Below are positions 8,145 to 16,837 of a stretch of DNA of 64,000 bases, piece by piece. Positions within the stretch are counted from its first letter, which is position 1, and every line of letters starts with the position of its first letter. The position numbers and the translations under genes are program-made. Source of the stretch: Acidobacteriota bacterium (GTDB lineage: Bacteria > Acidobacteriota > Terriglobia > Terriglobales > SCQP01); assembly GCA_021818955.1 (NCBI GenBank), contig JAKASR010000004.1, forward strand, positions 100,365-164,364. Reading direction: 5' to 3'. The notes under the pieces are model-generated. The model saw only the letters and a list, made by a program, of their open reading frames with translations, had not been told where the DNA came from and did not search any database.

Positions 8145-9416
8145 ATGCCCCGCCCCCGACTTGCTTCTCTCGCCGACTGCCCCTGGGTGCGCTGGCTGTT
8201 TCTCGACCTGAACGCCTATTTCGCCTCGATCGAGCAGCAGGAGCGTCCCGAATTGCGCGGCCGCCCGATTGCCGTGGTGCCGATGATTACGGAAAACACG
8301 GTTTGCATAGCCGCCAGCTATGAAGCCAAGCATTTCGGGGTGAAGACGGGCACAAAGCTGGCCGACGCGCAGGCGATGTGCCCGGGGCTGGAGTTGGTGG
8401 AGGCGCGGCCCAAGCTTTACGTGGAATACCATCACGCCATTGTCAGCGCGGTGGATCGTTGCGTGCCGATCAGCGCGGTAATGTCGGTGGACGAGATGGC
8501 CTGCGAGCTGAGTGGGCGCGAGCAGGCGCTGCCGAACGCGCTGCAGCTGGCCGACGCGCTGAAGCAGGAGCTGCGCGGGGTGGGCGAGACCCTGCGTTGC
8601 TCGATCGGGCTGGCGCCCAACCGCTTCCTGGCGAAAGTGGCGTCGGACATGGAAAAGCCGGACGGGCTGACCTTCCTGCTGAAGGGGGATTTGCCGCAGG
8701 CGCTGTTCCGGCTGGCGCCGGGCGATCTGCCCGGCATCGGCGCACGCATGCAGGCGCGGCTGGAATTGGCGGGGATCCGCACCATGCGGCAACTGGCGGC
8801 GCTCTCGCCGGCGCGGATGCGAGCGCTGTGGGGAAGCGTGGTGGGGGAGCGCATGTGGCACTGGATGCGGGGCGCGGACTTTCACGATCCGCCCTCACCG
8901 CGGCGCAGCCTGGGGCGGCAGCACGTGCTGGCGCCGGAATTCCGCTCGCGCGAAGCGGCGCTGGAGGTGGCGCTGCAGTTGCTCCACCTGGCCGCCACGG
9001 AACTGCGCAAGCTGGAGCTGTGGGCGGGCGGGCTGAGCGTGCAGGTGGATTTCATGCGCTTCCCGAAGCAGCCGCGCGAGGGCGATCCCTACTGGGAGGC
9101 GCACGCGCGCATCGCCGATTGCCGCGACGATTTCATGTTGCAGCGCCACCTGCGCCGGCTCTGGGGCGGCTGCCCGGCGGCGAAACCGATCGCGGTCGGG
9201 GTGCGGCTCTACGACTTGAGCGGCGAGCAACAGCGCACGCTGCCGCTGTTCGATGCCGATGAACAGCGGCGGCGCGAGCGCGCCAGCGCCGCCATGGACG
9301 CCCTCAACCTCAAGTTCGGTCCGCAGACGGTCTATCCCGCCGGGCTGCAGGCGGTGCGCACCGCCGCACCCACCCGCATCTCGTTCAGCAGCATTCCCAG
9401 CCTGGAACGGTTTTAA
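8145..9416 (+). CDS. Y-family DNA polymerase, UmuC/DinB-like with catalytic residues present
   Basis: LFLDLNAYFASIEQ (N-terminal catalytic Asp motif in the UmuC-like D-x-N form). SVDEMACEL (D-E catalytic pair). LAPNRFLAKVASDMEKPDG. DLPGIG helix-hairpin-helix. The true start may be the GTG at 8187 (VRWLFLDL...). Confidence 0.85.
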   Translation: MPRPRLASLADCPWVRWLFLDLNAYFASIEQQERPELRGRPIAVVPMITENTVCIAASYEAKHFGVKTGTKLADAQAMCPGLELVEARPKLYVEYHHAIVSAVDRCVPISAVMSVDEMACELSGREQALPNALQLADALKQELRGVGETLRCSIGLAPNRFLAKVASDMEKPDGLTFLLKGDLPQALFRLAPGDLPGIGARMQARLELAGIRTMRQLAALSPARMRALWGSVVGERMWHWMRGADFHDPPSPRRSLGRQHVLAPEFRSREAALEVALQLLHLAATELRKLELWAGGLSVQVDFMRFPKQPREGDPYWEAHARIADCRDDFMLQRHLRRLWGGCPAAKPIAVGVRLYDLSGEQQRTLPLFDADEQRRRERASAAMDALNLKFGPQTVYPAGLQAVRTAAPTRISFSSIPSLERF

Positions 9417-9538
9417 AGCCAAGCGTCAGGAGTTTTACCACTGCATTTTTAAAGCGCGGGACAGAGGCCCGCGCTCCCAGAACGGCGGAATAGCCCATTG
9501 TTTTTTGTGCTGAACTCAGGTGATATTTCTATTGACCC

Positions 9539-10201
9539 ATGTGTGGACGATTTACCCTTACCCAGCCCGGCGAAGCCGTGGCGGCGCACTTCCGACTGGA
9601 GCCGGCGCCGGTGCTGCGCGCGCGCTTCAACATCGCGCCGATGCAGCCGGTGCTGGCGGTGCGGGCGCGCCCGGAGGGTGGACGCGAGGCCGCCCACTTC
9701 CGCTGGGGGCTGATTCCCGCCTGGGCGCGCCCGCCGGTAAAGTCTTCGACCCCGCTGATTAATGCCCGCGCCGAAGGGTTGGCGTCCAAGCCGTCCTTTC
9801 GCGAAGCCTGGCGCCGCCGCCGCTGCCTGGTGCCCGCCGACGGTTTTTATGAATGGGCGGAAGAGCAAGGCCGGCGGCGCTGCTGGCAGATCCGCCGCCG
9901 CGACCAGGGCATTTTCGCCATCGCCGGCTTATGGGAACCCTGGCCGGCGGCGCTGCCGCCAGTGGCGAATCCGCCGGCGGCGGAGGGCCCGAAGGAAAGC
10001 TGCACCCTGATTACGACCACGCCTAACGCGTTGGTGGCGCCGGTGCATAACCGCATGCCGGCGGTGCTGGCGCCGGAGGCTTACGATCGCTGGCTCAACG
10101 CCGCCAGCGGCGCTTCCGCGCTCGAACGCCTACTGCATCCGTGGCCGGCAGACGATTGGGAACGCGTGCCGGTGGAGGCGCCGCTGCCGAAAGAAAGCTA
10201 A
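9539..10201 (+). CDS. SOS response-associated peptidase (SRAP/YedK family), abasic-site processing protein
   Basis: MCGRF N-terminus (catalytic Cys2), FNIAP, INARAE, CLVPADGFYEW, HNRMPAVL. All are SRAP family hallmarks. Confidence 0.9.
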   Translation: MCGRFTLTQPGEAVAAHFRLEPAPVLRARFNIAPMQPVLAVRARPEGGREAAHFRWGLIPAWARPPVKSSTPLINARAEGLASKPSFREAWRRRRCLVPADGFYEWAEEQGRRRCWQIRRRDQGIFAIAGLWEPWPAALPPVANPPAAEGPKESCTLITTTPNALVAPVHNRMPAVLAPEAYDRWLNAASGASALERLLHPWPADDWERVPVEAPLPKES

Positions 10202-10310
10202 CAGCACTCAGCGCAAGCGCGCGAAAAGCAGTCGGAATTTTCCTGGCGCCCCGGCCCGCAAACCCCAAAGCTGACGGCCGGCGGCTGAAGCAAGTTGACA
10301 GGCGGGCAAC

Positions 10311-10363
10311 TTTAAAAAAATAAGCTCCCGCGGCGCCGTGTGGCAACTCGGCGCCGCGGGAGC
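10311..10363 (-). terminator. rho-independent terminator downstream of pal
   Basis: Perfect 15-bp GC-rich stem (10324-10338 pairs with 10349-10363) with a 10-nt loop. On the minus strand it is followed by TTATTTTTTTAAA (10311-10323). Lies 21 nt after the pal stop. Confidence 0.85.
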
Positions 10364-10383
10364 GGGAGGGGATAGCGAACGGG

Positions 10384-11148
10384 CTACTGGCTGGAGCCGC
10401 CGCCGGAGGTCTGCATGACAATATGCGCGCGCCGGTTTTGCTGGTAGCATTCCGACGTGGCCTCCGTGCAGAAAGGCCGTTCCTTGCCGTAGCTGATGGT
10501 GCGGATGCGGCTGGCATCCACGCCCAACGCCACCAGGTATTTGCGGGCGGCATTGGCACGGCGGTCGCCCAAGCCCATGTTGTATTCGGCGCTGCCGCGG
10601 GCATCGCAATGACCCTCGATGATGATATTCACTTCGGGGTTTTGCTTCAGCCAATCGGCGTCTCCCTCGAGCGCCTGTTGCGCATCGCCACGAATATTCC
10701 ACTTATCGAAATCGAAGAAAGCATCGTGAATATTCTGCTGGAAGCGTTCACTCAGCGGCACGACCGTGGGCGCCGGCGGGGGCGGGGGCGGCGGCGGTTG
10801 CGTGACGGTGACGCGCACGCTGGAATCCGCCGTCTTCCCATCGGAGTTGGTGGCCACCAGCTCGTAATCGGTGGAATCGGTGGGCGAAACCTGTTGCGAG
10901 CCGTTGAGGTCGACGCGCGCGCCGTTCAACGTCACTGACACCGCATTGGTCGAGGTCCAGGTAAGGGTGCTGCTCTGGCCGCGCTGGATAGCGGTGGGAT
11001 CGGCACTGATGCTGGCCGTCGGCAGTGGCGCTGCCGCCACAGGCGCCGGCGGCGGGGGCGGCGGCAGCTTTTTATGGCCGCAGCCGGTTAACCACAGCAA
11101 AAGAGGCAAACTGGCAGCAGCGGCCAGCAGCCGGTTACGTACTTGCAT
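10384..11148 (-). CDS. pal: peptidoglycan-associated lipoprotein Pal (OmpA family) with extra N-terminal beta-rich domain
   Basis: Start moved to ATG 11148, which has GGAGGA 8 nt upstream. Lipobox LLWLTG|C. OmpA-like domain FDFDKWNIRGDAQ...IIIEGHCDARGSAEYNMGLGDRRANAARKYLVALGV. Last gene of the tol cluster. Confidence 0.85.
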   Translation of the reverse strand: MQVRNRLLAAAASLPLLLWLTGCGHKKLPPPPPPAPVAAAPLPTASISADPTAIQRGQSSTLTWTSTNAVSVTLNGARVDLNGSQQVSPTDSTDYELVATNSDGKTADSSVRVTVTQPPPPPPPPAPTVVPLSERFQQNIHDAFFDFDKWNIRGDAQQALEGDADWLKQNPEVNIIIEGHCDARGSAEYNMGLGDRRANAARKYLVALGVDASRIRTISYGKERPFCTEATSECYQQNRRAHIVMQTSGGGSSQ

Positions 11149-11285
11149 GAGAATCATCCTCCATCGTGGGATCATGACCCACGGATTGTGAATGCACAAC
11201 TTAAGCCGTCGCGCCGGCCGGGCATCCGGCCGGAGCACGAAACGGCCATTGACCGCAGGAGCCGGTCAGCTCTATCGGGCGGCAA

Positions 11286-12644
11286 TCAATGTGACGACCA
11301 ATTTGGCATTTGATTGCTGCCACGGCGACTGATCTCGGCAGGATTCGAACCATCCGCCAGGATGGTAAACAACTGCCAATGTCCCGGGCGGCCGGAGGTA
11401 AACACGACGTGGCGCCCATCCGGCGCCCAGGAAGGATAATCGTTCCGCAGGCCATTATGCGTCAATTGAACAAAATTTCGGCTAGCCAAATCCATTAAAT
11501 AAATATCGTAAGCGCCGCCATTGTTTTCGCCGCCTCCGGTGCGCCGCCAGGAGAAGGCCAGCACCTGGCCGTTAGGCGACCAGGAGGGGCTGACGGCATA
11601 GCCGCTGGTGGTGAGCACCTGCTGGTTGGCGCCATCCGCATCCATGATATAGATTTGCGGCAGGCCGGTGCGGTCACTCTCGAAGGCGATCTGGGCGCCG
11701 GTTTTCGGGTTCCAGACCGGGGCGATGTTGACACTGTGAGAATAAGTCAGGCGATGCAGGCCGGAACCGTTGGCGTTGATGACGTAAATTTCCGGATTCC
11801 CGCTGTGATCTAGATCGGCGGAGAACGCCAGCTTAGTCCCATCCGGGGACCAGGCGGGGGTGGCGATGAAGCCGTTGAAATGCGGGAAGTACAAATAGCG
11901 ATTGGTGAGCAGCGAGTAGATCCAGATCTGCCAGGTACCGCTGCGATTGCTGATAAAGGCAATGCGGTTGCCGCCGGGTGAGATGCGCGGGGAGTAGCAG
12001 ATGCTGTTGAGATGGGTAATCTGGCGCTTGTTGGTTCCGTCGTAATCCATCAACCAGACTTCCTTGTGGCCGCTGCGGTTGCTGATATAAGCGATATGCG
12101 TGCCGGCGATGCCCTGGCCGCCGCCCAGGGCGGCGATAATGGCATCGGCGAATTCATGCGCCATCAGCCGCGCCTCTGGCGCCGTCGGCGGGCCGGAATA
12201 GCGCTTGCCCAGCATATAAGGCGAAGACGGCTGGGTGAGGTCGTAAAGGTAGCCTTCGATTTGCAGCACATTATTGCCCACCGCCAGGTTGCCAAAGACC
12301 AGGCGTTGCGCCTGCGCCGGCGGGTTCGACCAGGCCGCCATCGCGCCGCCATTTAAATCCTGCGGTTGGGCGGGCGTGGCTTGGGGATAGAGGCTGCGGC
12401 TGACCATGATCACCAGGCCGGATTGATTCAGATCATTCCAAAGCGTCTGGTTGAACGCCTCGGCCAGGCTGGCCGCCTGCGGATTGCCGGCGGGAGCGAC
12501 GAAGGCGGGCTGCGCCAACCGGTATTTTTTAAACCCGGTTATGTTGATGGTCAGTTGCGACTGGGCAAAAAGCGGCCCCGCACACCATCCGGCGAGCAAG
12601 AACGCCATGCCAACGGAGAGCTTCAGTGCCTGAAAACGCATCAA
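11286..12644 (-). CDS. tolB: Tol-Pal system beta-propeller protein TolB
   Basis: Signal peptide and TolB N-domain, then repeated propeller motifs (PAWSPDGTKLAFS, PSWSPNGQVLAFS, PSWAPDGRHVVFTS). Sits between the tolA-like gene and pal. Confidence 0.9.
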   Translation of the reverse strand: MMRFQALKLSVGMAFLLAGWCAGPLFAQSQLTINITGFKKYRLAQPAFVAPAGNPQAASLAEAFNQTLWNDLNQSGLVIMVSRSLYPQATPAQPQDLNGGAMAAWSNPPAQAQRLVFGNLAVGNNVLQIEGYLYDLTQPSSPYMLGKRYSGPPTAPEARLMAHEFADAIIAALGGGQGIAGTHIAYISNRSGHKEVWLMDYDGTNKRQITHLNSICYSPRISPGGNRIAFISNRSGTWQIWIYSLLTNRYLYFPHFNGFIATPAWSPDGTKLAFSADLDHSGNPEIYVINANGSGLHRLTYSHSVNIAPVWNPKTGAQIAFESDRTGLPQIYIMDADGANQQVLTTSGYAVSPSWSPNGQVLAFSWRRTGGGENNGGAYDIYLMDLASRNFVQLTHNGLRNDYPSWAPDGRHVVFTSGRPGHWQLFTILADGSNPAEISRRGSNQMPNWSSH

Positions 12645-12699
12645 TTAATGCCTGCTCCTAAGACTTACGATGGGTGCGGCTGGTTACAAAAATCATGAT

Positions 12700-13512
12700 C
12701 TATTGCAATTCAAATGAAACGGTCACAGTCAGTAATGATTGCGGATAACCTGCCGGCAAGGGCAAACGTTCCGAGTTCGCCATCTGTTGAACCGCATGCA
12801 GCGCCATGCCATCCAGCGAGGGAACGCCGCTGCGGCGAGCGAATTGAATATCATAAATGTTTCCGGCGCGGTTGACGGTAAAGGCCACCCAGACGAGGCG
12901 TCCGACGGGTGCGGACGGATCGCGATACTGCAGACTCCAGTAATAATTGAGGCGATTACGGAGTTGGTTCACATAGGCGGTATAGAGCGAACCGAAGGTG
13001 GCATCGCCAAAGGACATGCCGCCGCCGCCGCCCACGCCTTGTTGCAAGCCATAGTTAAACGAGGCCGGCCCGCCGGCGCCAAACATGGCGCGGCGATGCG
13101 GGCGGCGGCGGTTGACGTCAGCCTGTTGCATATGGCGCAACTCGCGCAAGGCCTGGCGTCGTGCCAGATCGGGAATGCGCACCGCGGTTGGCAGCCGCAC
13201 CGCATGCGGATGCGGGCGCGGAGCGCGGTGGGGAATGGTTTTGGTCAAGCCGGGAAGATTGTTCGCCAGCCGATTTTTAGTAACCAGCGCGGTGGGCGCG
13301 GGCATGGGAATGCTGCCGCCGGGAACTTTGGCCACCAGGTTGGCCTGGATGGCGCCGCCGGCGCCGCCCGGATGTTTTCCGCCCAGCGGCAGGTTCAGCC
13401 AGGCGCCGGCAATAAATCCGCCGCCCAGCAGGATTGCATGCGCCAGAATGGAGAGGAACAAACTGCTGCTCCAGCCTTTTTCATACCGCCGGGTTGAAAC
13501 GGAATAATTCAC
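12700..13512 (-). CDS. TolA-like / TonB-family energy transducer of the Tol cluster
   Basis: Single N-terminal TM (SSSLFLSILAHAILLGGGFIAGAW). C-terminal TonB_C/TolA-like domain (VWVAFTVNRAGNIYDIQFARRSGVPSLDGMALHAV). Sits between tolR and tolB. Confidence 0.65.
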   Translation of the reverse strand: MNYSVSTRRYEKGWSSSLFLSILAHAILLGGGFIAGAWLNLPLGGKHPGGAGGAIQANLVAKVPGGSIPMPAPTALVTKNRLANNLPGLTKTIPHRAPRPHPHAVRLPTAVRIPDLARRQALRELRHMQQADVNRRRPHRRAMFGAGGPASFNYGLQQGVGGGGGMSFGDATFGSLYTAYVNQLRNRLNYYWSLQYRDPSAPVGRLVWVAFTVNRAGNIYDIQFARRSGVPSLDGMALHAVQQMANSERLPLPAGYPQSLLTVTVSFELQ

Positions 13513-13536
13513 TTGGAAATCCCGCCGGAAGCCCGG

Positions 13537-13953
13537 CTAGGGTTTATGCGAATAAGGCTGCGTCACCAAGCTGACCCGCTGTAAACCGCCCCGCTTAATC
13601 TCGTCCATGACCTGCGCCAGCATGCCCCAGGGCACGCGCTCATCGGCGCGCACATAAATGGTGTGCTTGCCCGCGGGCACCTGCTGCTTCAACAAGGCCG
13701 GCAAAGCATGAATATTGACCCGCTTGTCATTGACGTAAATATCGCCGCCCTGGGCCACGGTCACCACCAACCGCGGCTTCAATAGTTGCCGGGTATTGCG
13801 GGTGTGGGGAACGGTCACCGAGATGCCCGATTGGATGACCGGAGCGGTGATCATAAAAATCACCAGCAGCACCAGCACCACATCGACCAGGGGGGTGACA
13901 TTGATGTCGGCCAGCGCGGTTTGCGTGCGTCCATTGGGAAGGCTCCAGGCCAT
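13537..13953 (-). CDS. tolR: biopolymer transport protein TolR (ExbD/TolR family)
   Basis: ADINVTPLVDVVLVLLVIFMITAP TM motif and ExbD-type periplasmic domain. Lies 3 nt downstream of tolQ. Confidence 0.8.
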   Translation of the reverse strand: MAWSLPNGRTQTALADINVTPLVDVVLVLLVIFMITAPVIQSGISVTVPHTRNTRQLLKPRLVVTVAQGGDIYVNDKRVNIHALPALLKQQVPAGKHTIYVRADERVPWGMLAQVMDEIKRGGLQRVSLVTQPYSHKP

Positions 13954-13956
13954 AGC

Positions 13957-14661
13957 TCACCTCGGCCCGGGGCGGTAGCCGGCAGCAGCCTCTTCCACCA
14001 CGCCGGCTTCTTCCAGACGATTGACCAGTTCAAGCCCGAATTCATCGGTGGTGGCCGCCAGCACTTTCACCTGATTGGAGAGCGCGTTATAGGCAATCAG
14101 CGCCGGCACTGCCGCGAACAACCCGGCCGCGGTCGTCACCAGCGCTTCGGAAATACCGGGAGCGACGGCGCGCAAGGTGGCCGCGCCCTCGGCTCCCAGC
14201 CCGTGAAAAGCGTTGATGATGCCCCACACGGTGCCAAACAGGCCGATAAACGGGCTGGCACCGGCAATCGTGGCCAGCCACCCCAAGCGGTCTTCGAGCG
14301 CGGTGATCTGATCGGTGGTGGCGGCGCGCACAGCGCGTTCCAAGGCGGGAGCGCGTGCGCCGCCACGCTGGCGCGTTAATTCCTCGTAACCGGCTTCAAA
14401 CACTTCGACCAGCGGCGAAGGACGGAAGTTTTCCGACACGGCATGCATGTCGGGCAACCGGGCGGCTTTATGAAAGGCGCGCAGGAATTTCTGCGTTTGC
14501 CGGCGAACACGGCGAAACGCGCTCCATTTTTTCAAGATCAGAGCCCAGGAAAAAATCGAGAGCAGCAGCAAAATGGCCAATACGGTTTTGGCCACCGGTC
14601 CCGATTGGCTCAAGAACTCGGTAAAAGCCCCGGTATTCGGGGAGAAATTGGGAAACTGCAA
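13957..14661 (-). CDS. tolQ: Tol-Pal proton channel protein TolQ (MotA/TolQ/ExbB family)
   Basis: Three TM segments. Family core ...ATIAGASPFIGLFGTVWGIINAFHGL... and ...GISEALVTTAAGLFAAVPALIAYN. Confidence 0.85.
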   Translation of the reverse strand: MQFPNFSPNTGAFTEFLSQSGPVAKTVLAILLLLSIFSWALILKKWSAFRRVRRQTQKFLRAFHKAARLPDMHAVSENFRPSPLVEVFEAGYEELTRQRGGARAPALERAVRAATTDQITALEDRLGWLATIAGASPFIGLFGTVWGIINAFHGLGAEGAATLRAVAPGISEALVTTAAGLFAAVPALIAYNALSNQVKVLAATTDEFGLELVNRLEEAGVVEEAAAGYRPGPR

Positions 14662-14977
14662 TGCCGTCCCTCAGCGAATGAATTAGAAGCGGACTCAAAA
14701 GTATGATCGCTGGAAAAGTTACAGCCCCAATCCCGGCCAACGATCCTAATTCTTTTTGAAACCACTTCCCGGCCCTTGTTCCCCGGACTCGGCCGGGGCC
14801 GGCCAGACTGAATATATTTAGCATACCAACCCGGCGCGCTTTCATGGGCTGGCAAGACAAATTCAGTGAAAATTTGGTGTCATTTGAGATACTCGCCTGA
14901 ATTCCGGCGGCCCACGGGCGGCCCGGCTGGAAACGCTCCCGGGTAACTGGCATAATCCGGCTACCGGGAAGGCGGAC

Positions 14978-16687
14978 ATGCTGCTCAGCCTGCAAATAGA
15001 AAATTACGCCGTAATCGACCAGGCCGCACTGGAGTTCGGCGCCGGTTTGAACGTGCTTAGCGGCGAAACCGGCTCGGGCAAATCCATCGTAGTCGACGCG
15101 CTAAGCCTGCTGCTGGGGCGCCGCGCCGATGCGCAGGTGGTGCGGCAGGGTGCGGAGAAAGCCTCGATCCATGGCGCATTCATGCTGGAAGATGCGGCCG
15201 GCGCCGCCGCCATGTTGTCGCAGCAAGGCATTGCCGCCGATGCGGATGAGCCGCTGATTATCCGCCGTGAATTGAACGCTGGAGGCAAAAGCCGCGCTTT
15301 CATCAATGCCCAGCCGGCCACGCTGGCGCAGTTGCGCGAACTGGCGCCCTGGCTGGCCGCCATCCAATCCCAAAACGAGGCGCTGGTGGCCTTCCAGCCA
15401 GCCACGGAATTGGCTTACCTCGACCGTTACGCGCAACTCGAGTCCGAGTTGGACGCGCTGGCGGAAGCCCATGAGACCTGGCGCAAAGCTCGCCAGCACG
15501 TGGAAGAGCTGGCCAGCGCCGATCGCCAGCGCTTGCAGGAATTGGACCTGTGGAATTTTCAATGGCAGGAACTGCAGGCGGCGCGCCTGGCCGCGGGCGA
15601 AGATGCCGAACTCGAACTGGAACACCGCCGCCTGGCCAACGCCGGCAAAATTCTGGAAATCGCGCAGAGCGCCTATAACACGCTTTACGATTCGCCCAGC
15701 GCGGCGGCGGCGGATTTGAAATCGGCCGAACGGGATTTACAGGAACTGGCCCGGCTCGATCCCGGCTGCGAAGCACTGCCGCCACGGCTGGCTTCGCTGC
15801 GCAGCGAGCTGGCCGATATTGCTGAAAGCCTGCGCGCCTGGACCGAAGAGAGCGAGGCTTCGACCGAGCGGCTGGCGCAAATTGAGGAACGGCTGTCGCT
15901 GCTAGACCGGCTCAAGCGCAAATACGGCCCCAGCCTGGAAGAAGTCCTCGTCTGGCGCGATCAATTGGCGGAAAAGCTGGAAGCGGCGGTGCACGCGGAT
16001 GAACGCCTGGCGGCGGCGCAGGCTGAAGTCCAGCACGCGGCCGAAGCTTACGCGCGGCGGGCGGAAGCGGCCTCGCGACGGCGCCATCAGGCGGCGCCGC
16101 GCCTGGCGCGCGCGGTCGAACAGCAGGCCAAGGCCATGGCGATGCCCTTACGGCTGGAAATCACCCTGAATTCGCGGGATGAGCCCGAGGGCTGGACCGC
16201 CGCCGGTTACGATACGGCCGCTTTTCAGGGCACGCTGAATCCCGGCGAGCCGTTACGCGAGTTGGCCGACTGCGCTTCCGGGGGAGAATTGTCGCGGCTG
16301 CTGCTGGCGCTGCAGGTGGCGATTGAGGAGAATGGCCGCCGCGATTCCGCCGGCGCCAGAGAAGGCGCACGCACGCTGGTGTTCGATGAAATTGATGCCG
16401 GCATCGGCGGCCAGGCGGCGGAAACGGTGGGCCGCAAGCTGTCCGGACTGGCCCGCCACTGGCAGCTGCTCTGCGTCACCCACCTGGCGCAGATCGCCAC
16501 CTTCGCCGACCACCACCTGCAAGTGGAAAAACAGGTTCGCCAGGGCCGCGCCTTTACCGTAGTCCGCAAGCTGACGGGCGCCGAACGCGTGGAGGAGATC
16601 GCGCGCATGCTGGCCGGCAAGAGCCAAGACCCGACCGCGCGCCGCCATGCCGCCGAATTACTGGCCGCCGCCCATGCCGGGCGTTAA
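14978..16687 (+). CDS. recN: DNA repair protein RecN
   Basis: N-terminal Walker A GETGSGKS, a long coiled-coil middle, C-terminal ASGGELSRLLLAL signature and LVFDEIDAGIGG Walker B. Confidence 0.92.
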   Translation: MLLSLQIENYAVIDQAALEFGAGLNVLSGETGSGKSIVVDALSLLLGRRADAQVVRQGAEKASIHGAFMLEDAAGAAAMLSQQGIAADADEPLIIRRELNAGGKSRAFINAQPATLAQLRELAPWLAAIQSQNEALVAFQPATELAYLDRYAQLESELDALAEAHETWRKARQHVEELASADRQRLQELDLWNFQWQELQAARLAAGEDAELELEHRRLANAGKILEIAQSAYNTLYDSPSAAAADLKSAERDLQELARLDPGCEALPPRLASLRSELADIAESLRAWTEESEASTERLAQIEERLSLLDRLKRKYGPSLEEVLVWRDQLAEKLEAAVHADERLAAAQAEVQHAAEAYARRAEAASRRRHQAAPRLARAVEQQAKAMAMPLRLEITLNSRDEPEGWTAAGYDTAAFQGTLNPGEPLRELADCASGGELSRLLLALQVAIEENGRRDSAGAREGARTLVFDEIDAGIGGQAAETVGRKLSGLARHWQLLCVTHLAQIATFADHHLQVEKQVRQGRAFTVVRKLTGAERVEEIARMLAGKSQDPTARRHAAELLAAAHAGR

Positions 16688-16704
16688 ACATGCCGGGCGT
16701 TAAA
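16673..16704. repeat. perfect 16-bp tandem duplication spanning the recN stop codon
   Basis: CATGCCGGGCGTTAAA occurs at 16673-16688 and again at 16689-16704. The first copy encodes the last residues HAGR plus TAA. Confidence 0.9.
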
Positions 16705-16837
16705 GTCGAGGCGAGAAGCTGCGCAAAATTTGGTTGACGACCCGGCCATGAACATTTCGTGCCCGCCGGGCGCCTTGGTAGAACCCACGAGGGCCGCTTG
16801 TTATACTGAGGCCAGATCCTAGCCCGAACCGCGCACC

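Noticed and set aside
9457-9479. 8-bp GC hairpin AGCGCGGG-acagagg-CCCGCGCT after the polymerase gene, considered as a terminator
   Set aside because: There is no U-tract on the plus strand. The T-run lies on the wrong side, so it would only suit a minus-strand transcript, and no minus-strand gene is present there. I left it unannotated.
14786-14795. 10-mer GACTCGGCCG in the tolQ-recN spacer, identical to the 3' end of the 222-nt repeat and embedded in the hairpin CCCCGG-actcgg-CCGGGG
   Set aside because: A single 10-nt match with no flanking similarity. It is too short to separate from chance in a GC-rich 64-kb window.
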